Shown: positions 1-12,670 of the stretch, one piece after another
Numbering within the stretch: position 1 is the stretch's first letter
Layout of the letters: the number at the start of each line of letters is the position of its first letter
DNA from: Okamejei kenojei
Lineage: Eukaryota
Direction of reading: 5' to 3'
DNA length: 64,000 bases
Assembly: GCA_035221665.1 (NCBI GenBank)
Contig: CM069163.1
Location: forward strand, 16,554,001-16,618,000
Made by a program: the position numbers and the translations under genes
The notes under the pieces: generated by a model
What the model saw: the letters and a program-made list of their open reading frames with translations, nothing else
What the model was told of the DNA's origin: nothing
Databases searched by the model: none

Positions 1-380
1 CGCAGTCCCTTGTGTCCCCATTGTCGTTACCCGGAGCTGTTGCTCGGTTTGAACTCGTCTCCAATTTGCATCCCCCCCCCCCCACCCCCACCCACCCTCC
101 ACCCCACTCTCCGCAGTCCGCAACTGAGAACGCGGTCGCATGTAATACCGGTTTTAACAGTTCCAAGTAACATTGGGGGATTTTAATAATCCGTTCGTTT
201 GCTAATCCGGTGCGATGTGTGGAGCATGGATGGATTTTATCTTTTTATCATGTACCAGACTCTTAGCGTCCATTCCAAATAACCGCGTGTCCATTAGCCA
301 GCTGTTTATTAAGCTGAACCGATGGCATTCGCTCTCAGCTGAATTATTTATGCCCTGGACCGCGCACTGAATCCGAGTTT

Positions 381-455
381 AGCGAGCCACACTGAGTGAA
401 TTACCAGCGACCCACACTGAGTGAATTACCAGCGACCCACACTGAGTGAATTACC
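381..455 (+). repeat. 25-bp minisatellite x3
   Basis: agcga(g/c)ccacactgagtgaattacc at 381-405, 406-430 and 431-455. Confidence 0.95.
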
Positions 456-458
456 AAA

Positions 459-530
459 ATCCCGCTGAGTTACTCCAGCATTTTCGTGTCTCTCTTCGGT
501 GTAAACTAACATCTGCAGTTCCTTCCGCCA
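459..530 (+). mobile_element. Penelope-like pLTR/3' fragment
   Basis: cccgctgagttactccagcattttcgtgtc...catctgcagttcctt matches the tail of the Penelope fragment at about 31550-31615. Confidence 0.65.
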
Positions 531-1087
531 CAATTACCTGTAGTGTTTCCTGCCTGTACTCGCACACGGTGGACTATCCAGCTTGCCCCTGCACATTCCG
601 GAGCCGAGTCCAGGGCCAGCGATGTAGCGAGCAAATGTAGCGAGCGGATGATGCATTGGTGCTCGCACCGCCCGCTGCTGAGCGCGGACAGTCACAACCA
701 TCTATTAAAGCGCGGCCCGACACGCAACTACTTGGAGTTTCTAAGCTTTGTTTTAAGGGTATCCCGTCAACCGCTGCTGGACCACGGAGAGAATCTAGAC
801 AGACCGTCCTCTCTCGAGGTCCAAGTAGAAGGGCTGATAGGTGGCAGGCAGCAAGGTTGGGTGGAAGATTATGATGGGAATGGATCAACCTCCTAGTTGC
901 GTGTCCCGGAGAGAAAGTCGCCGTTTGCCGCCGACTCTTCGCCCTCTTACCCCTCCCCACTTTGTGAAAGTCTAGGCATCGGCTTTCCCACGCCGTTACC
1001 CCCGGCTCTATGGAGCTGCACACCATTTCGGAGCCGGCTGCTGTTCACAACTCGCGTACAGGAGCAGTCGCAGCACGGGGCAGAGAC

Positions 1088-1268
1088 GTGTAGTTTAGTT
1101 TAGAGATACAGCACGGAAACAGGCCCTTCGGCCCAGCGAGTCCGCGCCGCCCAGCGGACCCCCCCCCCCCCCCCCCCCCACACACACACTAACACTACCC
1201 TACACACACAAGGGATAATTTACAGTTATACCAAGCCAGTTAACCCTAAAACCTGTATGTTCTTGGAC
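1088..1268 (-). mobile_element. 3' half of a tRNA-derived SINE (HE1/V-SINE-like)
   Basis: gtttagtttagagatacagc...gaaacaggcccttcggccc is the reverse complement of the (taaac)n-tailed SINE seen at about 41225-41510 and 59550-59815. Confidence 0.75.
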
Positions 1269-1372
1269 ATGTCGGAAAGTTTACTCGCATGAAATATAAA
1301 CCATTAGACACGAGGTACAGATGGAAACAGCGTCTCCCCGCTACTCCCCGCCCGCCCCCCTTCGCCACTCAC

Positions 1373-1582
1373 CAGGGCACAGAAGCGCTCGGGCGGGTCC
1401 CCACAAGTCACCACCGCCGGCTCCACCTTCACTTTCAGGTAGGGCTTCATGGACACGGGTCTGGGTTGACACGCGTAAAACTCCCAGGAAGGGCCGTCAT
1501 CGGTGTTGACCAGCGACTTGCAGCTGTCGTACTGTGTCCTGGCCGGCAGCAGAGAGTAGATGAGGGCGGCCAGCTGTAGCAT
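1373..1582 (-). CDS. NTNG2: Netrin-G2, first coding exon (signal peptide and start of laminin N-terminal domain)
   Basis: Translates [70 protein letters not shown], closely resembling vertebrate NTNG2 ([23 protein letters not shown]...[10 protein letters not shown]). Ends at a phase-0 GTGAGT donor (actcac at 1367-1372). Adjacency to MED27 favours G2 over G1. In-frame ATGs at 1588 and 1603 are alternative starts. Confidence 0.93.
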
Positions 1583-2120
1583 GGGCATGGAGCCGGAGCG
1601 CATGGTCCCCGGGCGGAGCTCACACGCAGGCTCGGGTCGGGTGGCGAGGCGCGCCGGGCACGGGCTCACTTCAGCACGGGTAGCAAGCACACAGCAGCCC
1701 CTCACCGCCGCACCCCGGGCGCTCCATAGTTCCCGAGAGAACTCAAGCCCCCCGCCAGCTGAACCTCATAGATCCAACCCCTTCAGATGTCCGTGCAGAG
1801 GGAGCGGGTCGATCTGGGCGCTGTCCAAGTGTAAACCCGCCGCTGTAAAATCTCCCAAATCCAGCCGGGGATTACTGCGAGCCCATCTGGACGGCCTGAG
1901 CTCTACGCCTCTCCAATCCTCTCCTGATTCGCGTGAACATTCTCGGCAACTAAGTGAGAGAGAAACATAGGCGTGAGCTGACACGGGCGCATGACTTACA
2001 CGAGCTGGAGAGGCGCCTGCTTTGCGCCACTGGCAGGGGGGGTTCCCACAGCGCGGCCAAGCGCACACGCCCCTCTGCTCCAGTTTGGCAGCGCCGTTGT
2101 GGAGGGCGGCCGCCAGTTGA
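1583..2120 (-). other. NTNG2: Probable 5' UTR part of the NTNG2 coding exon
   Basis: Minus-strand pyrimidine tract (cctttctctct, about 2150-2180) followed by ...ttcgcgcAG acceptor at 2121-2122; GC-rich leader. Boundary is inferred. Confidence 0.4.
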
Positions 2121-3574
2121 CTGCGCGAATCAGGGGTCATTACATTGGTAGAGAGAAAGGGCGGCAGGGAGAATAACGAAAGGTGAGACCGACCTGGAGG
2201 AAATGAGCGATCCGCTGCTTTAAACATAACGCGCGCTGGAGGCGGGAGCTGCCTCCACATCAAAGGTTGGTCGCTTCCCGGCCTCGCCTCCTGGCTTCAA
2301 GGGCAGATGGCCGCACACGCCGTGGTCCAACTTAAGGTGGAGACTAAATCCCTCTAACATCACTTTTAATCACTATCTGTGCTTTTATGCCAGAGCAGCA
2401 TCAAGTCTGCGCAACTTCCTCCAGCGCAGCCCCGGGCTCGGCTCTTCCCAATCAGCTTAAAGGGACAGCGCTGAGCCCAAGTGCTCTTAAAGGGGCAGAT
2501 GTGGGAGACGGGCGTTTGATGGGCTGGAGTGGGGCTTCCGGAGTCTGTAAATAACCCATCATAAGGATGGGAAGCGGGAGGGATGACTCCGAATGGACAG
2601 GCCAGCATTTTCTCACGGCGGTGAGGTGGGATGGATGGGGGGGGTCGAGAACCATTCGTTTCTGGGCCACTTTTAAAGGCTTATCCAATCTCCCGATTGG
2701 CTTTCTGAGGAAGGGTGATTCAAAGTCATATAAGTAAATACACGTCTCAATTTTCTTTAGAAGAGAAATCGCAATGTAAAATTAGAACGAGCTAGCTCGA
2801 GAGGAAACGGTCTTAAAGACAAGCGTACTGACATCTCAAGGCTATTAAATCTGTTGAAATGTCATCAGCGCCGTCACTTGGCATCGGGCAGGTGAACTTC
2901 ACAGTGAAAGAAAGTACATGCACGGCACTCTCCCGGGTCCCTGCGTGGAAAGAATGGGCCGCGGTGCGTGATGAACTTTAACCTGGAATCTGTGCAGGAC
3001 TGAGCCTCGCAAAAAAAGCCGGTTACACGGCGCTTAATGCGCTCAAATCCCCCTGCCAGATGGGAGAGGTTCTGCGGAGCTCCGACTGCGAATCGCACCA
3101 CCAGTCTCTCCACGCCCTCACCCACGTTGGTTGGTTGTTTTTTTTATTAAGCAACAGACAATGTAACAGAAAATAGATTATTTTCAGTTAACACTGCATC
3201 TGCTCTGTATGTCCTTTGACTTAATCCGGCCCTGCTCGGCGGCGCTTTGACCCAGTTCCAGTGGTGTGCTGCTGGAGAACAATGTACAACTGAGAGAGCG
3301 AAAACAAAAACTAGCAGATGTTGGAAATCTGAAATAAAATAAAAATAGATAATGTTGCAAATACTCAGCAGGCCAGGCAGCATCTGTGGAAATAGAAAGA
3401 ATCCACGTTCTGGTTCCTGAATCTCTCATCAGAGGAGGGCGAGGTCTGGGAAGAAGAACGTCCCCGATAGGGCGGGATTGCCATGTGGTCGTTAGTGGAG
3501 GTGGGTTGGTGAAGGCTTGTAAGTTTGAAAATCATCTCTGTGGTTGAGATGTAAGGAGGGGGAGAGGCAAAAAA

Positions 3575-3730
3575 AAGTCTTTGGAGTGTGGGAGGAAAAC
3601 GTAGCTCCCGGAGAAAACTCACGCGGTCTCAGGGCGAACGTACAAATCCGGACAAACAACACCCGTAGTCAGGATCGATCCCGGGTCCCCGGCGCTGTCA
3701 GGCAGCAGCTCTACCGCGGTGTCACTGAGC
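3575..3730 (-). mobile_element. 5' half of HE1/V-SINE-like SINE
   Basis: Reverse complement has a tRNA-like head (gcggtagagctgctgcc...gacccgggatcgatcctgac) and the V-domain-like body shared with other copies. Confidence 0.75.
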
Positions 3731-3997
3731 GACTGAACACTGCGGTGCGAGAAATATGAGATCAGAGAACGCTGCAAATACCCACCAGATCAGGTACAGA
3801 CCAGGAGAGAAAGATTCTGAGCTCGTTACCAGTTAATGATCGTTCATCAGAACTGCCCAATTCCACTGGAAAAGCTGTTTCCGCGAAAAAGTTGCGTTCA
3901 GTGTTGATTGCTGAGGTGCCCTGTTGGCACATCGGGTGTTAACCCGTGAGCTTAATTTTGTCTTCAAACAGCAGTGTACAAGGTCAAAGACAGGAAT

Positions 3998-4112
3998 ATG
4001 TAAGAAGGAATTGCAAATGCTGGTTTAAACCGAAAAAGACACAAAAAGCTGGAGTAACTCAGCGGGACAGGCAGCATCTCTAGAGAGATCGGGTCGAGAC
4101 CCTTCTTCAGTC
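3998..4112 (-). mobile_element. Penelope-like pLTR fragment with partial hammerhead core
   Basis: Reverse complement reads CTGAAGAagggtctcgacccg followed by the gagatgctgcctgtcccgctgagttactccagc tail; the GAAA segment is deleted. Confidence 0.7.
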
Positions 4113-4439
4113 AGGACGGTCGTGGTGGAAGAGGGTGGAAGAATTCAAGTGCGAAGCAATTTTCCAGACGGAATGAAAGTTTCCCTCCATGATTTCACTC
4201 AACGTACCTTTGCTTACCTCGTAGAGGAGACCAGTGTCAACATTGGATTGTGGTTCATCAAATGCGATTCGCGTATGCCCTACACAGTTGCGTTAGATTT
4301 GGATCTGATCTTTGGATAAACCAAATGCAGTTTGGGCCACTGCTTTACATAACATCCAACCCACCGCTGTGAACCTGACCTTCCAGTCACCTCTCTCTTC
4401 AGTTCGCCACCCTGGATCCACTCCGGCTTTACCCTCGTA

Positions 4440-5170
4440 CACTAGAACATTGAACGTAGACAGTATAGCACAGAAACAGGCCATTCGGCCTACAATTTCT
4501 GAACCGAACATGACGCCAAGATAAATTAATCAGCTTTGTCTGCAATGACCCACACCCCTCCATTCCCTGCATACCAGGTGCCCATTTAACAAGCCTCTTA
4601 AACGTCACTATTGAATCCGAGTCCACCACCATCCCTGGTAGCGAGATCCACGTGTAAAAACACCTACCCCTTTAAACTTTACACCTCGTACTAGATATGC
4701 CCTCCGGTCTTTGTCATTTCCACGCTGGGACAAAGGTTCCGATGGTCTACCCCTTCCGTGCCTCTCATTGTACACTGTTCCAAGAAATCTTAAAATAATC
4801 TCAAGGAACAACATCTGATCTCCCAGCTGGACGCGTTACCTTTGTCGGGACTCAGCGCTCTCGGGATTAAAGCATCTTTCACTTCCTCAGTCCCGATTAA
4901 TCTCATACATTCATAAATTCTAGGAGCAGAATTAGGCCATTTGGCCCATCAGGTCTACTCCGCTATTCAATCATGACTGATCTATCTTTCTCTCTCAACC
5001 ACGTGCTCATGCTTTCGCCCCATAACCCCTGACACCCTTATTAATCAAGAATCTGTCAACCCCCGCCTTAAAAATATCAATTGACGGCCTCCACAGCAGT
5101 CTGTGGCAATGAGTTCCACCGATTCACCACCCTGTGACCAAATACATTCCTTCCCATCTCCTTTCTAAAG
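4440..5170 (-). mobile_element. Two CR1-like LINE 3' end fragments
   Basis: gaaacaggccattcggcc... and ggagcagaattaggccatttggccc... are reverse complements of the CR1 tails at 15750-16250 and 43492-43877. Confidence 0.7.
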
Positions 5171-8100
5171 GTAATTCAAATCTATTTGAATCTTCACTCA
5201 GTGCTCTCTCAGCGGACACCAACGCAATTTTTACCTCGGTCACTCTTAGATTGAACCCTATAGCTCTTGCTTGTATTCGCCAGTTTCCGATGGAAATCAT
5301 CAACATTAAAACAGTTATCTCCCCACAGACACGGCTCGTCTTGATGAACATTTCCAATATATAAATGGAATATGGTTTGTGTTCGCTCCTGCTAGGGAAA
5401 CAAGGTAAAAACGAGGTAAAAAGAGACACTTTCATAACTTCAATGTAGTGTAAAATGAAAATATAATATATATTCCTGTCGGACAACGACCAATCTAAAA
5501 CCAAGCATGTCCCCTCTCTCATCTTTTGAATCAGGAATCTTCCACAATCTGTCTCCCCGGTAATTAAGGGGTGCGGGTACCGGTACTCACAGGATCTGAC
5601 CATATTCCTTGAAGGTGCAATCTCTTCGCAAAACTTGGCAGGTACCAGCTACAGAACATCGCCTTTCATTGGCGTGTGGGACGCCAGAGCACGACCCTCA
5701 CAATACAGGCCTCTCATGGTTTGCACGCATGAGACAGGGAATTACAGCACATTCTATGTTTCTATCGATAAACTTTATCTCTGAATAGTTTCAGATTTCT
5801 AGCATTTGCAATATTTGGCTTGCTGCTAACATCCAACACTTTTTGTTTTGATTTCAGAATTGCAAGATTCAGGAGTTTTTTTTGTAATTCCTCGAAAGGA
5901 ATCGAGTTAAAATACATTGATTTTTTGGCGGGAGTGATTCGGAACTGAAGTCTCCCAAATTCATATCATCTTGTTAGAGTTTGCAGCCAGGACTTGTATT
6001 CAAGTAGATTCCCAGGGATTAATTTCCAAACCACATGTAATCTCTTTCAACAGTTTGCCAACATCGTTGCATTTGTGCACAATATTAAAACAGAGAAGTA
6101 ATAAAATAAGGATTTGGAACACATACGAAAATGGCTGAGAAGCGGCAAATGAAGCTTATTAATAAGGATCACAAATGTGAAGTACTACACTAGACACGGG
6201 ACAAAGCCACGTGTCACTTGAAGACCAAGTGAACAGAATTGTTAGAGCAAGTTTCTCAAGGGAACACACTTTTGCAAATATGGGTAGACAAAAATGCTGG
6301 AGAAACTCAGCAGGTGAGGCAGCATCTATGGAGCGAAAGAAATAGGCAACGTTTCGGTTTCTTCAGACGGGGTAGGCCTTTGCTGTAATTCAGTCGCCCG
6401 TGTGTTAGCCTCCCTAAAGGCGCTTAGTATCAGAGCCATGCGTATTCAGCACCATCGGACAGGTGGGTGCGTGTTGTATAGATGGCACCTGTCCGGTTTT
6501 GTTAAGTGATAGAGGGGGCACCCAGCTACTTTACCTGGGTGGTGAGCGAACCAGCGGATTCACCGTGACTACCTCTCGTATTTTGCTGCAAGGCTCCCAT
6601 CAGAAAATAACGGCTGCAATGTTCGGGCGTTCGGGTCAAACTGCACCTCCATTGAGAAGACCAGAATCAATTTATCAAGTTAACAAGATACAAATGATGT
6701 CGTGCGGTGTCGGGGCAATGTTTGAATGAAGGCACGCTCAGCTTGTAACTAGGTGCTAGTGTGGTGGCAGAAAAAACAACTTGTAGAGAAGGCTCTGATG
6801 GGGTCAGTAAATTTGACTTCAATGATAGGATGGAGGGGCTTTTTATTTATAATAGAAATTTCGGGATATTGACATTATTAAGCGCATCTGGAGCAACATT
6901 TCTTTGAAGTATAAAATATTAAGCGGCTTAGTTGCTAAATCCAAAATCTTGCTATAGAATATAGAATAGTATATCGTAGATTAAAAATATTGTTTTTGTC
7001 GGGAAGGACAAAATACGTTGAACGGACAGATGACAATTGGAATGTTTAAACAGACTTAAAATTCCGGCCTCTGCAATCCTACTGTGAGCGTAAAGCGTCT
7101 TCCAATACATTGAATGCTGGGCTCAGAGAGATGGGCGAAATGATCTTCTGGCAGTTTACTTTTCTTAGGTTCTCAGCAAAACAAGACATTAATGGACGTT
7201 TGGAAGCACGCAGTTATATTCCTATCTTGAAATAAATGAAATAGGTTGTTATCTCTTTAAATTATATGACAGAAAACCTTTTAACACCGCCGTTGTTTTA
7301 CTGATCATGTCTGCCTGCTTGTCTCTCTATCCAATTGTATCCAGGTATCTATTTATCGATATTACGACCGTTGGACTGGACTGTCACTCAGTTTATCTGA
7401 CTCGAATCGCCGGTGTAATCTATACGAGTTGTCTGTGTGGAGTATGCATACATTTTCGATTATGACAAAGCAATTCATAATCAGGATATATATAGTTCTA
7501 TTTTCCCCTCTCAGTAATCTGCAGTGACCAGTTTCACGACCCGCACGCATCCTCCGGTCGGAGGGTCACTGGTTTTGAACTAATCATCCGCTCTCGCATC
7601 TCATGTTGTCTTTCGAGACAGAATTTCGCAAGGTCGTTGACCGATCAATTGTGTTCCATTATAAATACCTCTGCTGTATATTTCTGTTCCAGTGATATAA
7701 CCCTGGAAGACAATATTTACGTGTCCAAACAATCGCGGTGCTATCATTATGGCCAGCCATATTTATTTGCTCTCGCTGCCGTCTCTTTCTGTCTTCCGGA
7801 TTCCTGTACCGGTGTTATTGGAATTTCAAATCATAATCATAACCCTTTGCTTCGTCTAATCCTGGTGAATTACGTGAAGTTTTGTGATTTAATTGCAACC
7901 CCGGTGTCCCTGACGCGATATTTTATTTGGGCTGGAAAGTTATTAGATTGCCCATGTGACAGCTTGTACCTCCCCGCTGTTAGAGCGTGGGACTCCATCA
8001 TCATCACAGGAACCAGACATCAACGTCTGTCGTCTGACTAAACAACACTATTCTACATACGAACACATCAAGAAAAGGCACTGTCTTCATTATTTACTGC

Positions 8101-9134
8101 TTTTGAAACTCCGGTCATAATCTGGTTACTCATTTTAAAGCTACGACATGTTTTCTATATGACTGTAGTAGCTAAAGCATTGCTCTTGTTCCCAGTCCAC
8201 AGGGCGGAATCGCAGGTCTCGTCAATATTGCGATATTTGCTGAACCGTTTGTGGGTGCCAATAGTTGGGTTTCCTGGCGTGAAGTACGCGAGGTAAGATC
8301 TCCTCGGGCGTGGGGAAAAGTCATTTCATCCCAACAATATCGAGATTCACTGAAACCCGCTGAAATGTCAGCAGGTTTGATCTAAGATTTGTGGCGTTGA
8401 AGTGCTGTAGCTTCTTCAGTCATTATTTCTTACGTTGTCTGCATGTTCTGGAGCAGGCTCCAATTATCACCGGTTATCTCATGGTCAGCTCCCACTCGCT
8501 CCTTCCCCTCCCTCCACCCCGATCTGATCCTGTTTATTTCAGTCTCAGTCACACGAGTATCCTCTTTTTTTTTCATTTCAGAAGCTGCAATGAAGAGATG
8601 CCTCTCCTTTGTTTGACAAGCCCTTGACATCCGTTCCTTTTATGTTCCGCCAAGGTAAAGGGGCAAACCTGACCACAACTTATTTTTTTAAGTGTTTGTG
8701 GGGTTGGCAGCAGGGGATGGAGAGGGGCCCGTAAGGGTTGGGGTGGGGATGAGGGTGGGGGTGGATATGTGGGCTGGCCTGTTCAGGGAGTGACTGAGCA
8801 GGTCGCTGGGAGATTTCAGAGGTGGAACAAGTCCACCTCTATATACCTACAAGGTCAAGCTCACTCCAAACATTTGAGCACGAAGATCTGGATTTTAGTC
8901 CAGGGTAGAGCAGAGGGAGAGATGTGCCTTGGGAGGGTCACATCCAGGGCGCAGTGTTCAAACTGCGGGTGATGGTCACAAACAAAGACGGTCACAAAGG
9001 CCAACAAACTATTTCCCCGAGAAGCATAGGGTGGGTTTCTGCTTTGGAGCTCGAGGTTTCTGGGATTGGTTGGCCTTGATCTTTAACTAAAATGCCAGAG
9101 GAAAAGGAGGGACGTAATTTTTAATTGTGATATC

Positions 9135-9265
9135 AAAGTATTATCTGTCATTGATGTTTGTGGGATCTTGCCGTGTGAAAATCGTCTGCTGTCTTTCAAA
9201 TACGAACATGATGTCTACATTTCAACATCCTCTCATTGCGGATGAGGTACTCGGCGACTTTATAT
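9135..9265 (+). mobile_element. Ancient Deu-domain SINE (SacSINE1-like) 3' fragment
   Basis: gtttgtgggatcttgccgtgtgaaaatcgtctgctg resembles the DeuSINE 3' region; it is the complement of the start of the 32215-32505 element. Confidence 0.45.
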
Positions 9266-10582
9266 TTTAAAGGAATATCTGTCAACCGGCTCAGGTGAAT
9301 TTTCGCTATGATTTTACAGTCCGGGAGGGAACAATGTGCATTGCTAGAAACGTTCTCCAAACCAGGGGTTGGATTCCCAGATGGGATGGGATAAAGGGCG
9401 AGCAATAACTTTCACTTTCTCTTTCCTGATCGGCCCCTGTGGACCGTTAGGTTGGTGTGGATCTGCCGAACAGCCAAGCACAACCTGCAAGTTTTGGTCC
9501 GTGCACGTATTTGTTTTATTTCTTAATCACCTCCGCCTCTTCAAGCCCCACGTACGTCCGGAACAAGATGGCACGGTACTCGTTATACGCGGGCCCAATG
9601 AAAAGTTTACTGGTTCTGACAAGGCCACCAAAACGTGTAAAATTGACCTGTCACGGTTGTACCTGGGTTATTCGACCTATCATTGCTCATAAGAGTCATT
9701 ACTCCTCTCTATCCAAATATTATCTCGTTCCCAAGGGCAGCATATCTCGTTAAAAGACATATATTTCCATTCCCCACGTGGAGTGGGACATTGTGCACAA
9801 TAGAAACGTCATGGATGCACAATAGTATAATTCCACACTGAGAATGATTAGCCTGGGAGCTGTGATTCTTTGGACTTTATCTTCTACTGTGCAATGTAGT
9901 TTGTACAAAAGGATGTGGGGAATCTGGTCAAGGGCAGACTTTTTGTAGAGCTTCAGTTTTCGGTTCTATTGGATTTCAAGTTGGCTTTCAATCAAGTCCT
10001 GTATTTTTTATTTGCTTCAGTTTCCTCTTCAGCTAATCTTTAATTATTATTATTGTATAAGTCTCGAATATGAAACCATGAATTAACAAACATCTGTTTA
10101 TTGTTTCTGATTGTTAGTCCTTCTTTCCTCTTCCTTACATTTTTTATTTCCTCTTCTTCCTTATTTACTTAAACCTACTTGTTTTGAGCCAATCTCTTGA
10201 TTCAAATCTCTTTCAGCTTAAGACTTTGGTTAATAACAATTCTGTGAGTGGGATAATTTATTATTTTACATCAGTTATATAAATGTGAGTTGCTGCTGTT
10301 CGTAGTGGTGGCATCAAGTGGAGTCGGTAACCAGACGTACTCATTCAGAACTTTATCACTTGACATGGTCAAAATCTTATTTGCCTTTTCATTATAAGGG
10401 GAGCGAGGAAGTAAGCTTATTTATCTATGAACACACTTGGGAAGGCCAACATTGAAACACTGAAGATGCATGTGCTGAGAGTGCTAGAATGAGGAACTCC
10501 TGGGGTGATGTTCTGAAACTGCAATAATTAATCTCCAATAGCCTGGTGTCAGTTTTAATAAGGATTCTAATTGCTTGGTTGT

Positions 10583-10765
10583 TGAGGACAGGTACTATCA
10601 CAATGTTTAAGAAACGTTTTGACAGGTTCATGGGTAGGACCGGTTTAAAGGGATATGGGCCATGCACGGGCAGGTGGATCTAGTGTAGATGAGACATGTT
10701 GGGCGGTGTGGGCAAGTTGGGCTGATGGGACTATTTCCACACTCTATGACTATGGCTCTATGATA
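10583..10765 (+). mobile_element. CR1-like LINE 3' end
   Basis: gttgaggacaggtactatcacaatgtttaagaaacgttttgacagg (EAGTI..FK..LDR), CR1 3' UTR and (ctatga)n tail. Confidence 0.8.
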
Positions 10766-11283
10766 GATTCCTCTCTATCCTCCATATCCATGTCTGAATC
10801 AAGGGGGTGAAGAGAGACAGGAGTGAAATCACACCAATGGAGCCTAAAATCATAAAGTTATTCGTGAATCACTCATTTGATGTCATTATCCTCCATTACT
10901 TTGTTGACATAGCTTGGAGAGAAGTTACTACCTGGTTAGACCTATCCAGTCATTGGAGAATGTCGGGAAGATGCTGGTCTTATCATTATACAGTAAAGAC
11001 AGAGATTCCTGAGACTTGATAAAGGTCATAATAGAATGGATTGCACTTACCTATTACCCCTAATTATAATATAAAGTGTTTGGCCAGAAACCAGGTAATC
11101 CTTTACCAGAGCCATGACTTTTATGTATTTGATCTTCAGTTTTATCAAAGGACATTACTAGGTTAACTTTTTGAAAGCAGTAACAGCCGTCTTCATCATC
11201 CTCAGATACAATGGGAGGTTCTACAAAAATACTTTCCTGTTCCCACAAGGTAACAAAAGGATCTTCATGGCTGTAAGTCCATC

Positions 11284-11802
11284 CAATTGGTCCAGAACTC
11301 AGCTGCCCGCATTATCACCAGAACCCCATCCACCGAACACAACACTCCCATCCTCAAACAACTGCACTGGCTCCCTGCCCAATACCGCATTGATTTTAAG
11401 AATCTCCTCCTCACTTTCAAAGCCCTCCACAATCTCGCTCCTCCACACCTCTCTGAACTTCATCGCAAACTCTCCGATCTTCTTCCTCCTCCCTGCTCTC
11501 CGCTCCATCTGCCCGCCTGTCCACAATGGAGTTTAGAGCCTTCAGCCGTTCTGCCCCTCGCCTCTGGAACTCTCTCCCACTATCCATCCGTACCATCGTC
11601 TCTCCCCACCTTTAAAACCTCCCTCAAAACTCACCTATTCAGACTGGCCTAACCCACGTAACTCCACTTTATCAAATTCATGGATATGTTGTTTTTGTTT
11701 CATTTTATTTATAAATTTGTAATTTGCTTGTTTTAACTGTAAGGTATCCTTGAGTGCTCTGAAAGGTGCCCATAAATAAAATGCATTATTATTATTATTA
11801 TT
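11284..11802 (+). mobile_element. L2-clade LINE 3' fragment
   Basis: Translation VQNSAARIITRT...PILKQLHWLP..YRIDFK.LLLTFKALHNLAP...FKTSLKTHLF is the typical L2 ORF2 C-terminus; ends aataaaatgc(att)n. Confidence 0.9.
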
Positions 11803-12549
11803 CTCCATGAAGTCTGAGGCTTCACGATATCCCTGGTGGGATCATGTGATGGGACCTTAACTCTTGCAGAATTATGGTAAGTAATGCTCGAATTATCAGG
11901 TGAGGCACTAATTATGTTTTCTATCTTTGGTAAAAGATAGATTTTATCATACACCAGGACAGTTCAAACTAAAACTAATATTTTCAGGTTGAGAAAAACA
12001 TAGAGGCACAAATAACTGAAAATACATTCCACAATATCAAAAATTGAATTAGTTCCTTAAACACAGACAGACACATTATCAGACTAATGAAGGATCCCAA
12101 CTCAAAACATTGCCTGTCCATTCCCTCCATGGATGGTACCTGACTTATTGAGTTTCTACAATACTTTGTGCTTTGCTCAAGAATTTATCTCCCTCTACCT
12201 CAAAATGATCCAATGACTCAGTTTCCGCCTCCATTAAGCAAAAAAGTTGCAAAGATTCTCGATCCTTTCAAAGAGAATCACCTTCCTGTGTTTTAAATGA
12301 GTCAATCCTTGTTTTGAAAAGTGACCTCTAGTTCTAGAATCTTCTCAACCCCATCAAGACCCTTATATCTTTCAATCAAATCCCCTTTCACTATTCTAAA
12401 CTCTAGCAGATGCAAGCCTGGCCCTTTGAACCTTTCTTCAGAAGACAACCTGCCCATTCCAGGTATTTTCCAGTAATTTTTTTCAAAAATGCTTTCAACA
12501 GATTAACATCTTTCCTTAAATAAGGAGAATAGTTCTGTTCAAAGTACGA

Positions 12550-12670
12550 TGTAGGAAAGAACTGCAGATGCTGATTTAAACAGAAGATAGACGCAAATTG
12601 CTGGAGTAACTAAGCAGGCTGCCTGTCCTGCTGAGTTACTCCAGCATTTTGTGTCTATCTTCTGTTTCAG
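12550..12670. mobile_element. Inverted (hairpin) Penelope pLTR pair
   Basis: aaacagaagatagacgcaaattgctggagtaactaagcagg and cctgctgagttactccagcattttgtgtctatcttctgttt are near-perfect reverse complements. Confidence 0.8.

Larger units (their letters stand above)
1..9800. promoter_or_regulatory. Extended CpG-rich domain around the NTNG2 5' end (densest about 500-3200)
   Basis: CG dinucleotides are visibly frequent over roughly the first 10 kb and sharply depleted afterwards; judged by eye, not computed. Confidence 0.7.

Noticed and set aside
543-1026. Overlapping ORFs of 117 and 150 aa in the NTNG2 intron
   Set aside because: No recognisable homology; expected by chance in GC-rich sequence.
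1304-1705. 133-aa single-exon ORF as listed in the track
   Set aside because: Starts at a non-ATG codon and reads through the splice donor at 1372; only 1373 to about 1582-1603 is coding.
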